Shown here in pieces: positions 20,979-30,946 of a stretch of DNA of 64,000 bases (position 1 is the first letter of the stretch; every line of letters begins with the position of its first letter). The position numbers and the translations under genes were made by a program. The stretch comes from Spirochaetia bacterium (GTDB lineage Bacteria; Spirochaetota; Spirochaetia; SZUA-6; Bin103): assembly GCA_965203905.1 (NCBI GenBank), contig CBDBDQ010000005.1, positions 1,152,001 to 1,216,000 of the forward strand, given 5' to 3'. The notes beneath the pieces are model-generated. The model did no database searches and had not been told where the DNA came from. It saw only the letters and a list, made by a program, of their open reading frames with translations.

Positions 20979-21252
20979 CGCGCTAAGCTACACCCGCCCC
21001 GCGCCAGAGCGCAAACCGGCCATAAAAGCCCGCAACGGACTCCGGGGCTACGGGACGAACGGGACGACTGCTTGACCGCGGCCGAGGAATCATTGTCATT
21101 CATGCCGTCGAAATAATCCCCGTACGATCCTGACGTCGGGTACCACAGAGGAACCATCACGATCCGAGGACGACGGCGCGGACGGGGTCGGCACGCCAAT
21201 CGCGCCATGCTCGACTTTGACAGGTTTGCGAAGAACTGTAAGAACGTATCTC

Positions 21253-21474
21253 ATGGCGACCAGCAGAACTACGTACAAGTACCACTTCAAGTTGGGCAAC
21301 AAGATCGTCCACACTGGAATCACCAAGGACCTTGATCGCCGTGAGGCGGAGCATCGGCGCAAGGAGGGCTGGGAAACGGGGCACATCACGCAGGTCGGAG
21401 TTCGTACCACGTCGGAAGCAGCGAAGCAGTGGGAAGACGAACAGCGCAATCGAGGCAAGCCAACCGGTCCGTAG
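21253..21474 (+). CDS. Small GIY-YIG-like protein
   Basis: YKY...HTGIT.DL.RRE.EH...WE pattern in 73 aa; TTGACA at 21217-21222 upstream. Confidence 0.6.
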   Translation: MATSRTTYKYHFKLGNKIVHTGITKDLDRREAEHRRKEGWETGHITQVGVRTTSEAAKQWEDEQRNRGKPTGP

Positions 21475-21490
21475 AAACCGCCATCGGAAC

Positions 21491-22501
21491 TCAACTGTCG
21501 GCGGCGCCCGAGGAGGGGGACGCGTAGCGGAGGGCACAGGCCACGCCGATCGCCGCCAGCGCCGCGCCCGCCAGCGCCGCCAGCAACACGCCCGCGAACT
21601 CGCCGGCGGGCACCTGTCCCAGCTCTGCTGGCGGCACCTTGGGCACCGCGTGGAGGGGCAGGGAGCCGGCGTCGGTGCCCGGTGGCAGCGCCAGGAACGG
21701 CCACAGGCGGCGCAGCGAGCCCAGCATCAGGCCGCTGAGCGCCGCCAGGGTCACCCCGCGGGCGCGGCGCAGCAGCCAGGTGATCAGCTTGCTGACGGTG
21801 CCCAGACCGAGCAGCACGCCGGCCTGGAACACCAGCAGCGGCAGGAGCTGTGGCGCGCCGCGCGTCAGGTCGCGGATCACGTCGATCAGGTAGGGGTAGG
21901 GGCCAAGCACCAGCAGCACGAAGGCGCCGCTGACCCCGGGCAGCACCATCACCGCGGCCCCGATCGCGCCGCTGAGGCCCAGGAACCAGAGCGCCGGTTC
22001 GGCGGCGGCGCGCACCGGCAACCCCAGCAGCAGGACCGCGCCGGCGGCGGCCAGCAGCAGCGCCGCCACCTGCGGAAGACGCCAGCGGCCCACCGCGCGC
22101 AGCGGCAGCACCACCGCCACCGGCACCACGCCGCAGAAGAAGGCCAGCGCCAACCCCGGCGCCGCGTCCAGCAGCGCCCCAACCGGGTGGCTGAACAGCA
22201 GCGGCGCACCCACCATCCCGGCCCCCAGCACCAGCGCGAAGCGCCACGGCACGCCACGCCAGGCGGCGGCCACCCGCGCCCACCGGCCGCCACCACCGGC
22301 GCCGGCCGGCAGCAGCAGCGCCCACACCACCTCCACCAGTGCCGCGAGCGCCGCCACCAGCCGCTCGTAGATGCCCAGGATCAGGGCCAGGGTGCCGGCG
22401 CTGACCCCCGGCACCAGCTCGACGACGCCCATGCCCATGCCGCGCAGCAGGGTAAGCAGGTCGCTGCGCCACTCGGAACCGGCGCCGGCAGATCGTTTCA
22501 C
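21491..22501 (-). CDS. DUF368-family membrane protein (putative undecaprenyl-phosphate translocase family)
   Basis: Twin motifs VPGVSAGTLALILGIY and LPGVSGAFVLLVLG.Y; GLMLGSL..LWP. Confidence 0.88.
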   Translation of the reverse strand: MKRSAGAGSEWRSDLLTLLRGMGMGVVELVPGVSAGTLALILGIYERLVAALAALVEVVWALLLPAGAGGGGRWARVAAAWRGVPWRFALVLGAGMVGAPLLFSHPVGALLDAAPGLALAFFCGVVPVAVVLPLRAVGRWRLPQVAALLLAAAGAVLLLGLPVRAAAEPALWFLGLSGAIGAAVMVLPGVSGAFVLLVLGPYPYLIDVIRDLTRGAPQLLPLLVFQAGVLLGLGTVSKLITWLLRRARGVTLAALSGLMLGSLRRLWPFLALPPGTDAGSLPLHAVPKVPPAELGQVPAGEFAGVLLAALAGAALAAIGVACALRYASPSSGAADS

Positions 22502-22599
22502 GACGCCCAGTGTGCCCGATCCCGGCCATCGCTGCAGGGCGCGAACCTGCGCGAACCGGCAGCAGTCGGAGTCGGCTCCACGAATCTACCGTTGCTGCG

Positions 22600-22978
22600 A
22601 CGCCTGGGTGGACGGCGGCGTGGCGGGGATGAAGGCGGCGGCCGGGAGCTGCTGGCCGCGCTGCCGGCGGAGTCGTGGCAGCCGCGCGCGGCGTTGATCG
22701 GGCACGCCCACATCGACGTGGTGTGGCTGTGGCCGGAGACGGCCACGCGGCACAAGAACGTACACTCCTTCGCCACCCAGCTCCGGCTGCTGGATGCCTA
22801 CCCCGAGATGGTGTTCGCGCACAGCACGCCGGCGGTGTACCGCGCGGTGCAGGAGGATGCGCCCGCGCTCGTCCCGCAGATCAAGCGCCACCTGGCGGCG
22901 GGGCGCTGGGAGCTGATGGGCGGCTTCGAGGTGGAGCCGGACGCGCCCGCGGAGTTGCTCGGGGTACCGGCGCCATGA
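22600..22978 (+). pseudogene. Fragment of a GH38 alpha-mannosidase
   Basis: GHAHIDVVWLWP and GRWELMGGFEVEPD followed by a stop; only ~110 aa of a normally much larger enzyme; left boundary approximate. Confidence 0.75.
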
Positions 22979-22996
22979 TCGCGGCGCGGATTTCAG

Positions 22997-24130
22997 TTAT
23001 GTGGTACGCCGGTCCAGCTCGCCCTCGCGCAGCCCGGCGGCGAAGGGTTCCGGCCTGGTGTACGGGGTAGTCATCGCCAGCGGTGCGTCGCTGGCCGCCG
23101 AGCGCACCACGCCCTCCATGATCTCCAGCACGTGGTTGGCGCGCTCGCCCGAGGCGCGGTGCGGCCGGCCCGCCAGCAGCGCGGCCGCCATCTCCGCCAC
23201 CCCCAGGCCGCGCCAGGAGCCCGCGGCGTAGGGGCGCTCGGTCACCATGGCGTGCCAGTCGCCGCCCTCCGGTCCCTGCCGGTACAGGTCGAACTCCGCC
23301 TCGTAGTGGTTCCAGTGCGGCAGCCGCAGGGTGCCCTCGGTCCCGTACACCTCCATCACCGGCAGCTTCGAGGCCCAGATCTCCCAACTGATCATCAGGT
23401 TGGCCATGGCGCCCGCCGCGAACTCCAGGGCGCACACCAGGTGGGTTGGGGTCTGCACCTCGATCCTCTCGCCGTAGCGCGGCTCGGTGAGCACCGTGCG
23501 GTCGGGGATGCCGATCTGGGCCCGCGCCGACACCGTCTTGACCGGCCCGAACAGCGCCAGCAGCGCGGTGATGATGTACACGCCCTGGTCGAGCATCGGT
23601 CCCGCCCCCTTCTCGTAGAAGAAGTGCGGGTTGGCGTGGTAGGCGTCGGGACCGTGCCCGGCCACCGTGCCGAAGGCGGCCACCAGCCTGCCGATGGCGC
23701 CCTCGTCGACCAGTTGCCGGCAGTGCTGATGCCCGCCCGCGAGAAAGGTGTCGGGGGCGCAGCCGACGCGCAGCCCCTTCTCACCGGCCCGGCGCAGCAC
23801 CGCCTGCGCCTCCGGCAGGGTGATGCCGAGCGGCTTTTCGGAGTAGACGTGCTTGCCGCGGTCCAGCGCCGCCAGGTTGAGCTCGGCGTGGGTCGCCGGG
23901 ATCGTCAGGTTGAGCACTAGGTCGGTGTCGTCGCCGCGCACCAGCTCGTCCACGCTGCAGGCGCGGCCGAAGCCGTACTCCGAGGCCACCCGCCGCGCCC
24001 GCTCCGGCAGCAGGTCGGCGCACGCCGCGAACGCCACGTGGTCGAACCGCTGCAGCGTCTCCAGGTAGGAGTCGCACACCATCCCGCAGCCGATCACCCC
24101 CAGGCGAACCTTGTCCCCGTTTGCGTTCAT
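22997..24130 (-). CDS. Gfo/Idh/MocA-family oxidoreductase
   Basis: GVIGCG, HVYSEKP, GCAPDTFL, GPMLDQGVY. Confidence 0.92.
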   Translation of the reverse strand: MNANGDKVRLGVIGCGMVCDSYLETLQRFDHVAFAACADLLPERARRVASEYGFGRACSVDELVRGDDTDLVLNLTIPATHAELNLAALDRGKHVYSEKPLGITLPEAQAVLRRAGEKGLRVGCAPDTFLAGGHQHCRQLVDEGAIGRLVAAFGTVAGHGPDAYHANPHFFYEKGAGPMLDQGVYIITALLALFGPVKTVSARAQIGIPDRTVLTEPRYGERIEVQTPTHLVCALEFAAGAMANLMISWEIWASKLPVMEVYGTEGTLRLPHWNHYEAEFDLYRQGPEGGDWHAMVTERPYAAGSWRGLGVAEMAAALLAGRPHRASGERANHVLEIMEGVVRSAASDAPLAMTTPYTRPEPFAAGLREGELDRRTT

Positions 24131-24168
24131 CGCGCCGGAATGTAGCCCCGCACGCAGCCGCCCGCAAG
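24126..24168. repeat. 43-bp direct repeat copy A (promoter -10 plus start codon of the oxidoreductase)
   Basis: TTCATCGCGCCGGAATGTAGCCCCGCACGCAGCCGCCCGCAAG; 38/43 identical to 26055-26097 by manual alignment. Confidence 0.75.
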
Positions 24169-24259
24169 GGCCGACCGGCGCTGAGCGCCTCGCCGCAGGC
24201 CCACGAGTGGCAACTCCGGCGCCGGAGCGCGCATCCCACGTGCCGCGCGCCGCCCGCGC

Positions 24260-26059
24260 CTACGCGGATCCGGTCTCTCCCGTGCCAGCACCGACGAACA
24301 ACTCGGCGAGCAGGTCCAGCTTCTCGGAGACCTCGTCGGGAATGCGGTCCAATGGAAGGAACTCGACGAGCCGGTACAGCTCGCCCTTGCGCAGCAGCAT
24401 GGCGTGCCCCAGCCGCCCCGCGAGGCGGCGAAAGAACTCCTCGGCAAACGCACTGAGCTTGAGGCGTTCGGTGCGGGCCTCCCACAACAGCCGGCCGGTG
24501 GCTTCGTCGGCACCCTTCCAAACCGCGAAGTCCTGGTCCCGGCCACCAAATACATGTTCCCGGATCGCAGCGTCCAGGGCCTCGTCTATGTCGCTTTCGA
24601 ACCCGCCGAACAACGGCGTGTCGTGGTAGTGGTTCTTGGCGAAGGCACTCAGGGTGCCGGGCGTAACGACATAGTTTTCACACTCGTACCGTTGCCAGTA
24701 ACAGATCCGGAGCCCACCCTCGTCAGAGTCCTGTCGCCCGCGGCCGTCGTTGTCGAGAATGGCCAGCCCTTTCAGTTCGGGCACCATCCCGCGCAGCGCG
24801 TGGAAGTGTTGCTGCGGGGTCACCCCGAATCCTCCTTCCACGCGCGCCAGCTCCGAGTCCACGCTGGTGTCCGGATAGTTGTCCGCGACGTAGAACGTAT
24901 TGATGCGCTCATCCCAGCTCGTGGCCGCGGAGTGCCCGATCCGGTTCGCCAGCGCTCTAAGAATCTCCACATCGGTACCACCCTCGACATAGAGCACGTA
25001 ACCACGTTGGCGAGCGCGGACATAGTGTTCCGCACCGTAATGCCGCAGCGAATTCTTGATCGCAGTCTTCGCCGCTACGTCGTCGGCTTGACCGGCCAGT
25101 AACAGGGTGAGGTTGTGGTCCCGCGCTTCGTCCAGGATTACTTCCGAGTGGGTAACGAGAATGACCTGGGACTCATTCTGGGCGGCGAGCTCGCGCAACA
25201 GTACGTAGACCTGCTTCTGGCGCAGAATTTCCAGGTGCGCGTCCGGTTCGTCGATCAGGATTACGCTGCGGCGATGCGAGTAGAGATAGGCGAACAGGAG
25301 CAGCATCTGTTGCAGTCCGCGGCCCGCCACCGCGATGTCGAGCGGCTCTCGGACCGGGTCCTGCCGGTAGAACAGGTCGATACTCCCCCTGGCGGTCTCT
25401 TCCGGGACGCTGAACCGGACGTTGAAGAGGCGCTCCATCCATCCGACGATTCGCCCCCAGTCCTCCTGACTCCCCTGATACACCAGCAGGCACAGGTTGC
25501 GCAGCACCTGCGCCGTCTGGCCCTGCCCCAGCAACACGTCGATCCGGCCGCGCTGCAGGACCGGCTCCTCGGTCTCCAGTCCCGACATCGGGTAGAGCAA
25601 CTCGACGTTGAGCGCGGCGGCGGTGGCGATGAGTTCCGGCCGTTCCAGGGTCGTTGCGTCGGGACTGCAGTACACGAGGTCCTCTCCCTGGTTGCGAAAC
25701 CTCATGGTCACCGGCTCGACCTTGTTGTCGTGCAGTACGCCGAGCGTAATGCGCAGAGGAATGTCCGTATTGCCCGTGCGCACCGCCGCGTTGTGCCAGA
25801 AGTAGCGCGTACGCTGCACCGGCACCGCAACGATGTTGAGGCGGTTGAGCGAGGTCGACGTCCGGTTTTTGGGCGGCGCCTTGCCCTTGCTCGCGTGCCA
25901 CGCGCGGACCGCCTGCGACCACAGCGCAATCGCCTGAATGGCCGTGGTCTTGCCGCAGTTGTTGGGTCCGATCAGCACCGCCGGGTGATCCAACTCGATG
26001 CGCTGTCGTTCGCCGAACCGTTTGAAGTTCCGGATCTCCAGGTAGTGGAGGAGCTTCAT
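24260..26059 (-). CDS. OLD-like ABC-ATPase fused to a TOPRIM nuclease domain
   Basis: IRNFKRF, GPNNCGKTT, IDEPDAHL, VTHS, YVEGGTD, ILDND, RYECENY. Confidence 0.85.
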   Translation of the reverse strand: MKLLHYLEIRNFKRFGERQRIELDHPAVLIGPNNCGKTTAIQAIALWSQAVRAWHASKGKAPPKNRTSTSLNRLNIVAVPVQRTRYFWHNAAVRTGNTDIPLRITLGVLHDNKVEPVTMRFRNQGEDLVYCSPDATTLERPELIATAAALNVELLYPMSGLETEEPVLQRGRIDVLLGQGQTAQVLRNLCLLVYQGSQEDWGRIVGWMERLFNVRFSVPEETARGSIDLFYRQDPVREPLDIAVAGRGLQQMLLLFAYLYSHRRSVILIDEPDAHLEILRQKQVYVLLRELAAQNESQVILVTHSEVILDEARDHNLTLLLAGQADDVAAKTAIKNSLRHYGAEHYVRARQRGYVLYVEGGTDVEILRALANRIGHSAATSWDERINTFYVADNYPDTSVDSELARVEGGFGVTPQQHFHALRGMVPELKGLAILDNDGRGRQDSDEGGLRICYWQRYECENYVVTPGTLSAFAKNHYHDTPLFGGFESDIDEALDAAIREHVFGGRDQDFAVWKGADEATGRLLWEARTERLKLSAFAEEFFRRLAGRLGHAMLLRKGELYRLVEFLPLDRIPDEVSEKLDLLAELFVGAGTGETGSA

Positions 26060-26097
26060 CGCGCCGGAACGTGGCGCCCCACGCCGCCGCCCGCAAG
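26055..26097. repeat. 43-bp direct repeat copy B (covers the ATPase start codon)
   Basis: TTCATCGCGCCGGAACGTGGCGCCCCACGCCGCCGCCCGCAAG. Confidence 0.75.
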
Positions 26098-26159
26098 AGC
26101 CCGGCGCACCGAGCACCGGGCCGCGGACCGCCGAGGTCGCGTCATCATCGGCCTATCTG

Positions 26160-26244
26160 CCGGTGTACGCCCGATACCCGCGGCGCCGCCGGTGACGACC
26201 GCAACGTTCCCCGCCAGCAGGCGGCGGTCAGCGGAGGCTGGCAC
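26160..26244 (-). pseudogene. N-terminal remnant of a short-chain dehydrogenase (SDR)
   Basis: LAGNVAVVTGGAAGIGR (TGxxxGIG motif), after which similarity ends. Confidence 0.65.
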
Positions 26245-27085
26245 CGGGGGCCGGGCCCCAGGCCGGCGGCTCGGCGGCGCCGGCGTAGACCGGGATCAGC
26301 GGGCGGGTGATCGACCGGGTCTGCGTTACCCAGTCGGACCATTCGGGAGTGTCGGTGATGTGGCGTGCGACCAGTGCCTGGACCTCCGCCGGCAGGTCGT
26401 CGTAGGCGGGCCAGTACCAGATGGTAAGCACGGTGCGCCAGCGCTCGCTGCGGTTGCCGTGCGCCGCGTGCAGGAGGCGGGCGTCGCCGATCACCACGTC
26501 GCCCGCGCGCACCGGTACGTCGATCTCGCCCTCGGCGTGCCGAAACGCGGGATGGTCCAGCGCCACGTTGCGTATCACGTCGTTGTGCCGGGTAGCGCGC
26601 GGGTCTTGATCGTGCAGGGGGTGGCGTTTGCGGTGGGAGCCGGGAATCAGCCGCAGGCAGCCGTTGTCGCGGCTGGTGTCGACCAGGTAGTACATCAGGA
26701 AGAACTGCTGCGGCTGATCGGTGTAGCTGATGGGATGGTCCCACAACACGCCGTCCTGATGCCAGTGCAGCGGCGGGCTGTGCGGCGGCTTGCTGATCAC
26801 GAAGCCGCTCCACACCCGGGGCCGGTCGAAGCCCAGTTCCGAGAACGCCGCCAGCGCGGCCGGATGCACCAGCAACTCGGTGAATGCCGGATGCGGATGC
26901 GTCCAGTAGGGGATGATGCTGCCCCGCGCCCGGTTCTCGGCGAAGTGGGCGGGATCCACCTGGGCGAGGGTCCATTCGCTCATGGCGTTGAGCCGTGCCA
27001 CCGTCTCGGGATCCAGCACCTGCTCGAACACGCAGAACCCGTCCCGGATCAACTGCTCGCGCTTGGCGGTAGCGGTAATCGGCAT
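26228..27085 (-). CDS. Phytanoyl-CoA dioxygenase family (Fe/2-oxoglutarate) protein
   Basis: WHQD, NGCLRLIPGSH, RLLHAAHGN.S..WR. Confidence 0.9.
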   Translation of the reverse strand: MPITATAKREQLIRDGFCVFEQVLDPETVARLNAMSEWTLAQVDPAHFAENRARGSIIPYWTHPHPAFTELLVHPAALAAFSELGFDRPRVWSGFVISKPPHSPPLHWHQDGVLWDHPISYTDQPQQFFLMYYLVDTSRDNGCLRLIPGSHRKRHPLHDQDPRATRHNDVIRNVALDHPAFRHAEGEIDVPVRAGDVVIGDARLLHAAHGNRSERWRTVLTIWYWPAYDDLPAEVQALVARHITDTPEWSDWVTQTRSITRPLIPVYAGAAEPPAWGPAPGASLR

Positions 27086-27226
27086 GACGGATTTCGACCC
27101 TACGGGCGACCTCAGGAGCTGTCAACCTTGCAGGACCAGGCTGCGGCAGACTGCGGTGCGCGGCCTCGCGCCGCCGCGCCAAATCGAGAGTGTCCGGCCG
27201 CACCCCGACATGGGATAATCGGCCTC

Positions 27227-28021
27227 ATGGCAGCCGAGATTCCGGATCGCCTGGTGGTGTTCACCTTCGACGACGGCAAGCGTTCCAACGGCGAGTTCGT
27301 GGCGCCGCTGCTGGAGCGTTACGGCTTCGGGGGGACCTTCTACATCACCGAGGGACTGGGATTCGAGGACAAGGACTACTACCTCACCTGGGAGGAGGTG
27401 CGCGAGCTGCACGACCGTGGCTTCGAGGTCGGCAACCACACCCGCAGCCATCGCGACGTCAGCACGCTCGCACCCGATCAACTGGCCGCGGACGTGGAGC
27501 ACATCGACCGCCGCTGCGCGGAGTTCGGCATCGCCCGGCCGCAGACCTTCTGCTATCCCGGCTACCACACCGACGCCCGGGCGGTTGCGGTGCTGGCCGA
27601 GCGCGGCTTCGCCTGGGCGCGCTGCGGCTGCGAGCCCACGCCGCCCGACGGCTACCACACCGGCGGCTGCGGGCCGACCTACGACCCGCGCCTCGACCAC
27701 CCGCTGCTGGTGCCCACCACCGCCAGCTTCGGCCCCGCGGTGGACCTGGGCGCCCTGACCTGGGCCGCGCAGCAGGCGCGCGACGGCTGCGCCGCGGTGA
27801 TCACCTTTCACGGCGTGCCCGACCCGCGCCATCCGTGGGTATCCATCGAGCCGCAGACGTTTCGCGACTACCTGAGCTGGCTGGCCGATGGCGGCTACAC
27901 GGTGATCGCGTTGCGCGACCTGTCCCGCTACGTCAGCGTCGCCGAGCCGCCGGCCGACCCCTACGCGGCGCAGCGCCGGCGCCAGGGCACCAGCTACGGT
28001 CCGCGCGCCAGCGCCGGCTGA
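27227..28021 (+). CDS. Polysaccharide deacetylase family protein
   Basis: FTFDDG, EVGNHT.SH, FCYPG, ITFHG. Confidence 0.88.
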   Translation: MAAEIPDRLVVFTFDDGKRSNGEFVAPLLERYGFGGTFYITEGLGFEDKDYYLTWEEVRELHDRGFEVGNHTRSHRDVSTLAPDQLAADVEHIDRRCAEFGIARPQTFCYPGYHTDARAVAVLAERGFAWARCGCEPTPPDGYHTGGCGPTYDPRLDHPLLVPTTASFGPAVDLGALTWAAQQARDGCAAVITFHGVPDPRHPWVSIEPQTFRDYLSWLADGGYTVIALRDLSRYVSVAEPPADPYAAQRRRQGTSYGPRASAG

Positions 28022-28303
28022 AGACCTAACCACGGCGAGACCACCAGACCAACGCTGCGGTCCACCGCTCCCAGCACGGATACTGGAGAAAAAAATGCTG
28101 ATTGTGGGCGTTTGGGGGTTGACACGGTTCCTGGCGGCCGATTGCGGCACCTCCCCGATCCTGCCGATTCCGCGCTCGTTTCCGCCTTCAGCGCGCGCTC
28201 ACGGGCGGCGCGCCGCGTTGGGGGCCCCGAACGTCCAAATCGGGCGAACGGGCCGTCCAGGGCCCAGCACGGGGGCGCCGAAAACCGGGTGTACGATGGT
28301 GTC

Positions 28304-29929
28304 ATGGTACCAGAGACCAGCACCCGGTCCGGGCCGTCGACGCCGGTAGCACCGCCCGAACGGACGACCACCGGGCAACCCACGCCAGCGGTGACCACCG
28401 CGTTGATGGCACCCGGCGCGAGCGATACCACGACGCCGCCACAATCCTTCGAGGCGGCCGACCTGGACCGGCTCGGGAACCGCATCGCCGAGCTGTCGGC
28501 CCGCATCCAGGCCGCCACCTACGAGCTGCTGTGTTACTTGCGCGAGTTCGACCGCCACCACGGCTGGGAGGGCTTCCGTTCCTGCGCCCACTGGCTCAAC
28601 TGGCGCATCGGCCTCGACCTCGGCGCCGCCCGCGAGAAGCTGCGCGTCGCTGCCGCGCTGGCCGATCTCAACCATCTTTCCGCGGCCATGGCCTGCGGCC
28701 GCCTTTCCTACTCCATGGTACGCGCCCTGACTCGAGTGGCCACCCCCGACAACGAGGCGCGGCTGATCGCGGTGGCCTGCTGTGCCACGGGCGCGCAGGT
28801 GGAGCGGCTGGTGCGGGCGTGGCGGCAGGCGGACAACGAGGCGCAGCCGGACGCCGAGCAGTTGCGCCTGGCGCGGCGCACGCTGAGCACGCGGGTGGAC
28901 GAGGATGGCATGGTGGTGCTGCGGGCGCGGCTGACGCCGGAGGTGGGCGCGGTGGTGCTGCGCGCCCTGGAGGCGGCGCTGGAGCAGGTGCCGGCAGCAG
29001 CGGAGGATGCCGCAGACGGAGACCAGCCGAGCATCGCGCAGCGGCGCGCGGACGCACTGGGGCTGGTGGCCGAGAGCGCGCTGGCCGGCGGGCTCGATCC
29101 GGGCAGCCCGGGCGACCGCTTCCAGGTGACCGTGCACGTGGAGGCGGAGACCCTTTGCTCCCGCGAGGCGGCTGGCGCCGTGGCGGACACTTCCGCGGAA
29201 ACGCGCACAACCGCCCCGCCAGCGGACGCGGCTGCGGACCAGGCGCCCGTCGAGTCCGCGGGCGGTCCCCACCTGGTCGCAGACCCACGCTGCGGCGCTC
29301 CCGCGCCCGCGCCCGACGCCGGGCAGGCGGTCATTGAACAAGCGGGCGGCATCCACGTCGGCAAGGAGGCTGCGCGCCGCATCGCCTGCGATGCCGGGCA
29401 CGTGGTGCTGCGCCACACCCCGGACGGCGGTGTGCTCGACGTCGGCCGCCGCACGCGCACGGTCCCCACCGCGCTGCGTCGTGCCCTCGAGGGCCGCGAT
29501 CACAACCAGTGCCAGTTTCCCGGCTGCAGCTCGCGCCGCTGCGACGCCCATCACGTCGTCCATTGGGCGGACGGCGGGAAGACCCAGCTCTCCAATCTGG
29601 TCAGTTGCTGCCGATTCCACCACCGCCTGGTGCACGAGGCGGGGTTTCAGGTGGTGGCGGACGGCGCTGGGGGGTTCCAGTTCCTGCGCCCCGATGGCAC
29701 TCCGCTGCCAGCGGTGGCGCCGGCGCCGCGCTGGCAGGGTGCCGGGGAACCGCTGGCGCCGACCGTGGCGCGGCTGGCGATGGCCGGAATCAGCATCGGT
29801 CCGCATACCGCTACCCCGGAGTGGTATGGCGAATCGCTGAACGTGGTGGGGGCGCTGGACGCGCTGTGGGAGCCGCAGGTTCGGGAACCTCCGGCTGCCG
29901 CGGCGCGCGGCGACCGCGGCGACGCTTGA
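28304..29929 (+). CDS. DUF222 domain protein with C-terminal HNH endonuclease
   Basis: SCAHWL.W..G, QRRADAL, RRIACDA, RD..CQFPGC...CDAHHVVHW.DGG.T.L.NL...C..HH..VH. Confidence 0.88.
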   Translation: MVPETSTRSGPSTPVAPPERTTTGQPTPAVTTALMAPGASDTTTPPQSFEAADLDRLGNRIAELSARIQAATYELLCYLREFDRHHGWEGFRSCAHWLNWRIGLDLGAAREKLRVAAALADLNHLSAAMACGRLSYSMVRALTRVATPDNEARLIAVACCATGAQVERLVRAWRQADNEAQPDAEQLRLARRTLSTRVDEDGMVVLRARLTPEVGAVVLRALEAALEQVPAAAEDAADGDQPSIAQRRADALGLVAESALAGGLDPGSPGDRFQVTVHVEAETLCSREAAGAVADTSAETRTTAPPADAAADQAPVESAGGPHLVADPRCGAPAPAPDAGQAVIEQAGGIHVGKEAARRIACDAGHVVLRHTPDGGVLDVGRRTRTVPTALRRALEGRDHNQCQFPGCSSRRCDAHHVVHWADGGKTQLSNLVSCCRFHHRLVHEAGFQVVADGAGGFQFLRPDGTPLPAVAPAPRWQGAGEPLAPTVARLAMAGISIGPHTATPEWYGESLNVVGALDALWEPQVREPPAAAARGDRGDA

Positions 29930-30054
29930 CACGTGCCCGTTCAAGGGTCCTTGTCGGCGAAGATGGCGCGGTAGCTGGCCGGGTCATGGCCGGGGGTTGG
30001 CCGGGGTTGCGGGGTATGGCGCGACGCGTCCGCCATCGGTATACTGCCCTCGTT

Positions 30055-30918
30055 ATGAGTGCGCGCTACGAGAGCCCGCTGACCGTAAGCGAGGCCACCG
30101 ATCTGCTCGGCCAGAATCCCGGCGCCCGGGTACTGGCGGGAGGCACCGATCTCATGGTCGCCATGCGCCTGTCCCGCACCATCCCCGAGCTGATCGTAGA
30201 CATCAAGAATATCGCCCAGACCCGGGAGATCTCCCTCTCCGACGACGGGCTGGTGCTGGGCGCCGCGGTGCCCTGCGTCGACCTGACCGACCACCCCACG
30301 TTGCGGAAGAGCTATCCCGGCCTGGTGGAGTCGGCAGAGCTGATCGGCTCCTCCCAGATCCAGAGCCGGGCCAGTCTCGGCGGCAACCTGTGCCATGCCT
30401 CGCCGGCGGCGGACACCGTGCCGGCCCTGGTGGCGCTGAGCGCGGTGTGCCGGATCGCGGGTCCGGGCGGCGAACGCCGGGTGGCGGTGGAGGACTTCTG
30501 CACCGGTCCCGGCGTCAACGTGCTGGGCGACGGGGAGTTCCTGGTGGCGTTCGAGATCCCGGCTCCGGGAGCCGCCTCCGCCGATGCCTACCTGCGCTTC
30601 ATCCCGCGCAATGAGATGGATATCGCGGTGGTCGGATCGGGGGTCAGCGTGACCCTGAACGGCTCCGGCACCTGCAGCGCCGCGCGCGTGGCGCTGGGGG
30701 CGGTGGCACCCACGGTGATCCTGGTACCGGAGGCGGCGGACGCACTCATCGGAACGGCCCTCGAGGACGCCGACCTGGAGCGTGCGGCCGCGGCGGCGTC
30801 GGCGGCGTCACGGCCGATCACCGACCGCCGCGGAACCGCGGAGTTCCGGCGCCACGTCGCCGGAGTGCTCACCAAGCGCGCCGCCGCCGCGGCACGCAAC
30901 CGGGCCCGCGCGCGCTGA
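30055..30918 (+). CDS. Xanthine/CO dehydrogenase family FAD-binding medium subunit
   Basis: LAGGTDL, QIQSRASLGGNLC.ASPAAD, DIAVV, PITDRRGT..FR. Confidence 0.9.
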   Translation: MSARYESPLTVSEATDLLGQNPGARVLAGGTDLMVAMRLSRTIPELIVDIKNIAQTREISLSDDGLVLGAAVPCVDLTDHPTLRKSYPGLVESAELIGSSQIQSRASLGGNLCHASPAADTVPALVALSAVCRIAGPGGERRVAVEDFCTGPGVNVLGDGEFLVAFEIPAPGAASADAYLRFIPRNEMDIAVVGSGVSVTLNGSGTCSAARVALGAVAPTVILVPEAADALIGTALEDADLERAAAAASAASRPITDRRGTAEFRRHVAGVLTKRAAAAARNRARAR

Positions 30919-30946
30919 CCGGGCCAACAAAGAGAGGCAAACGACT

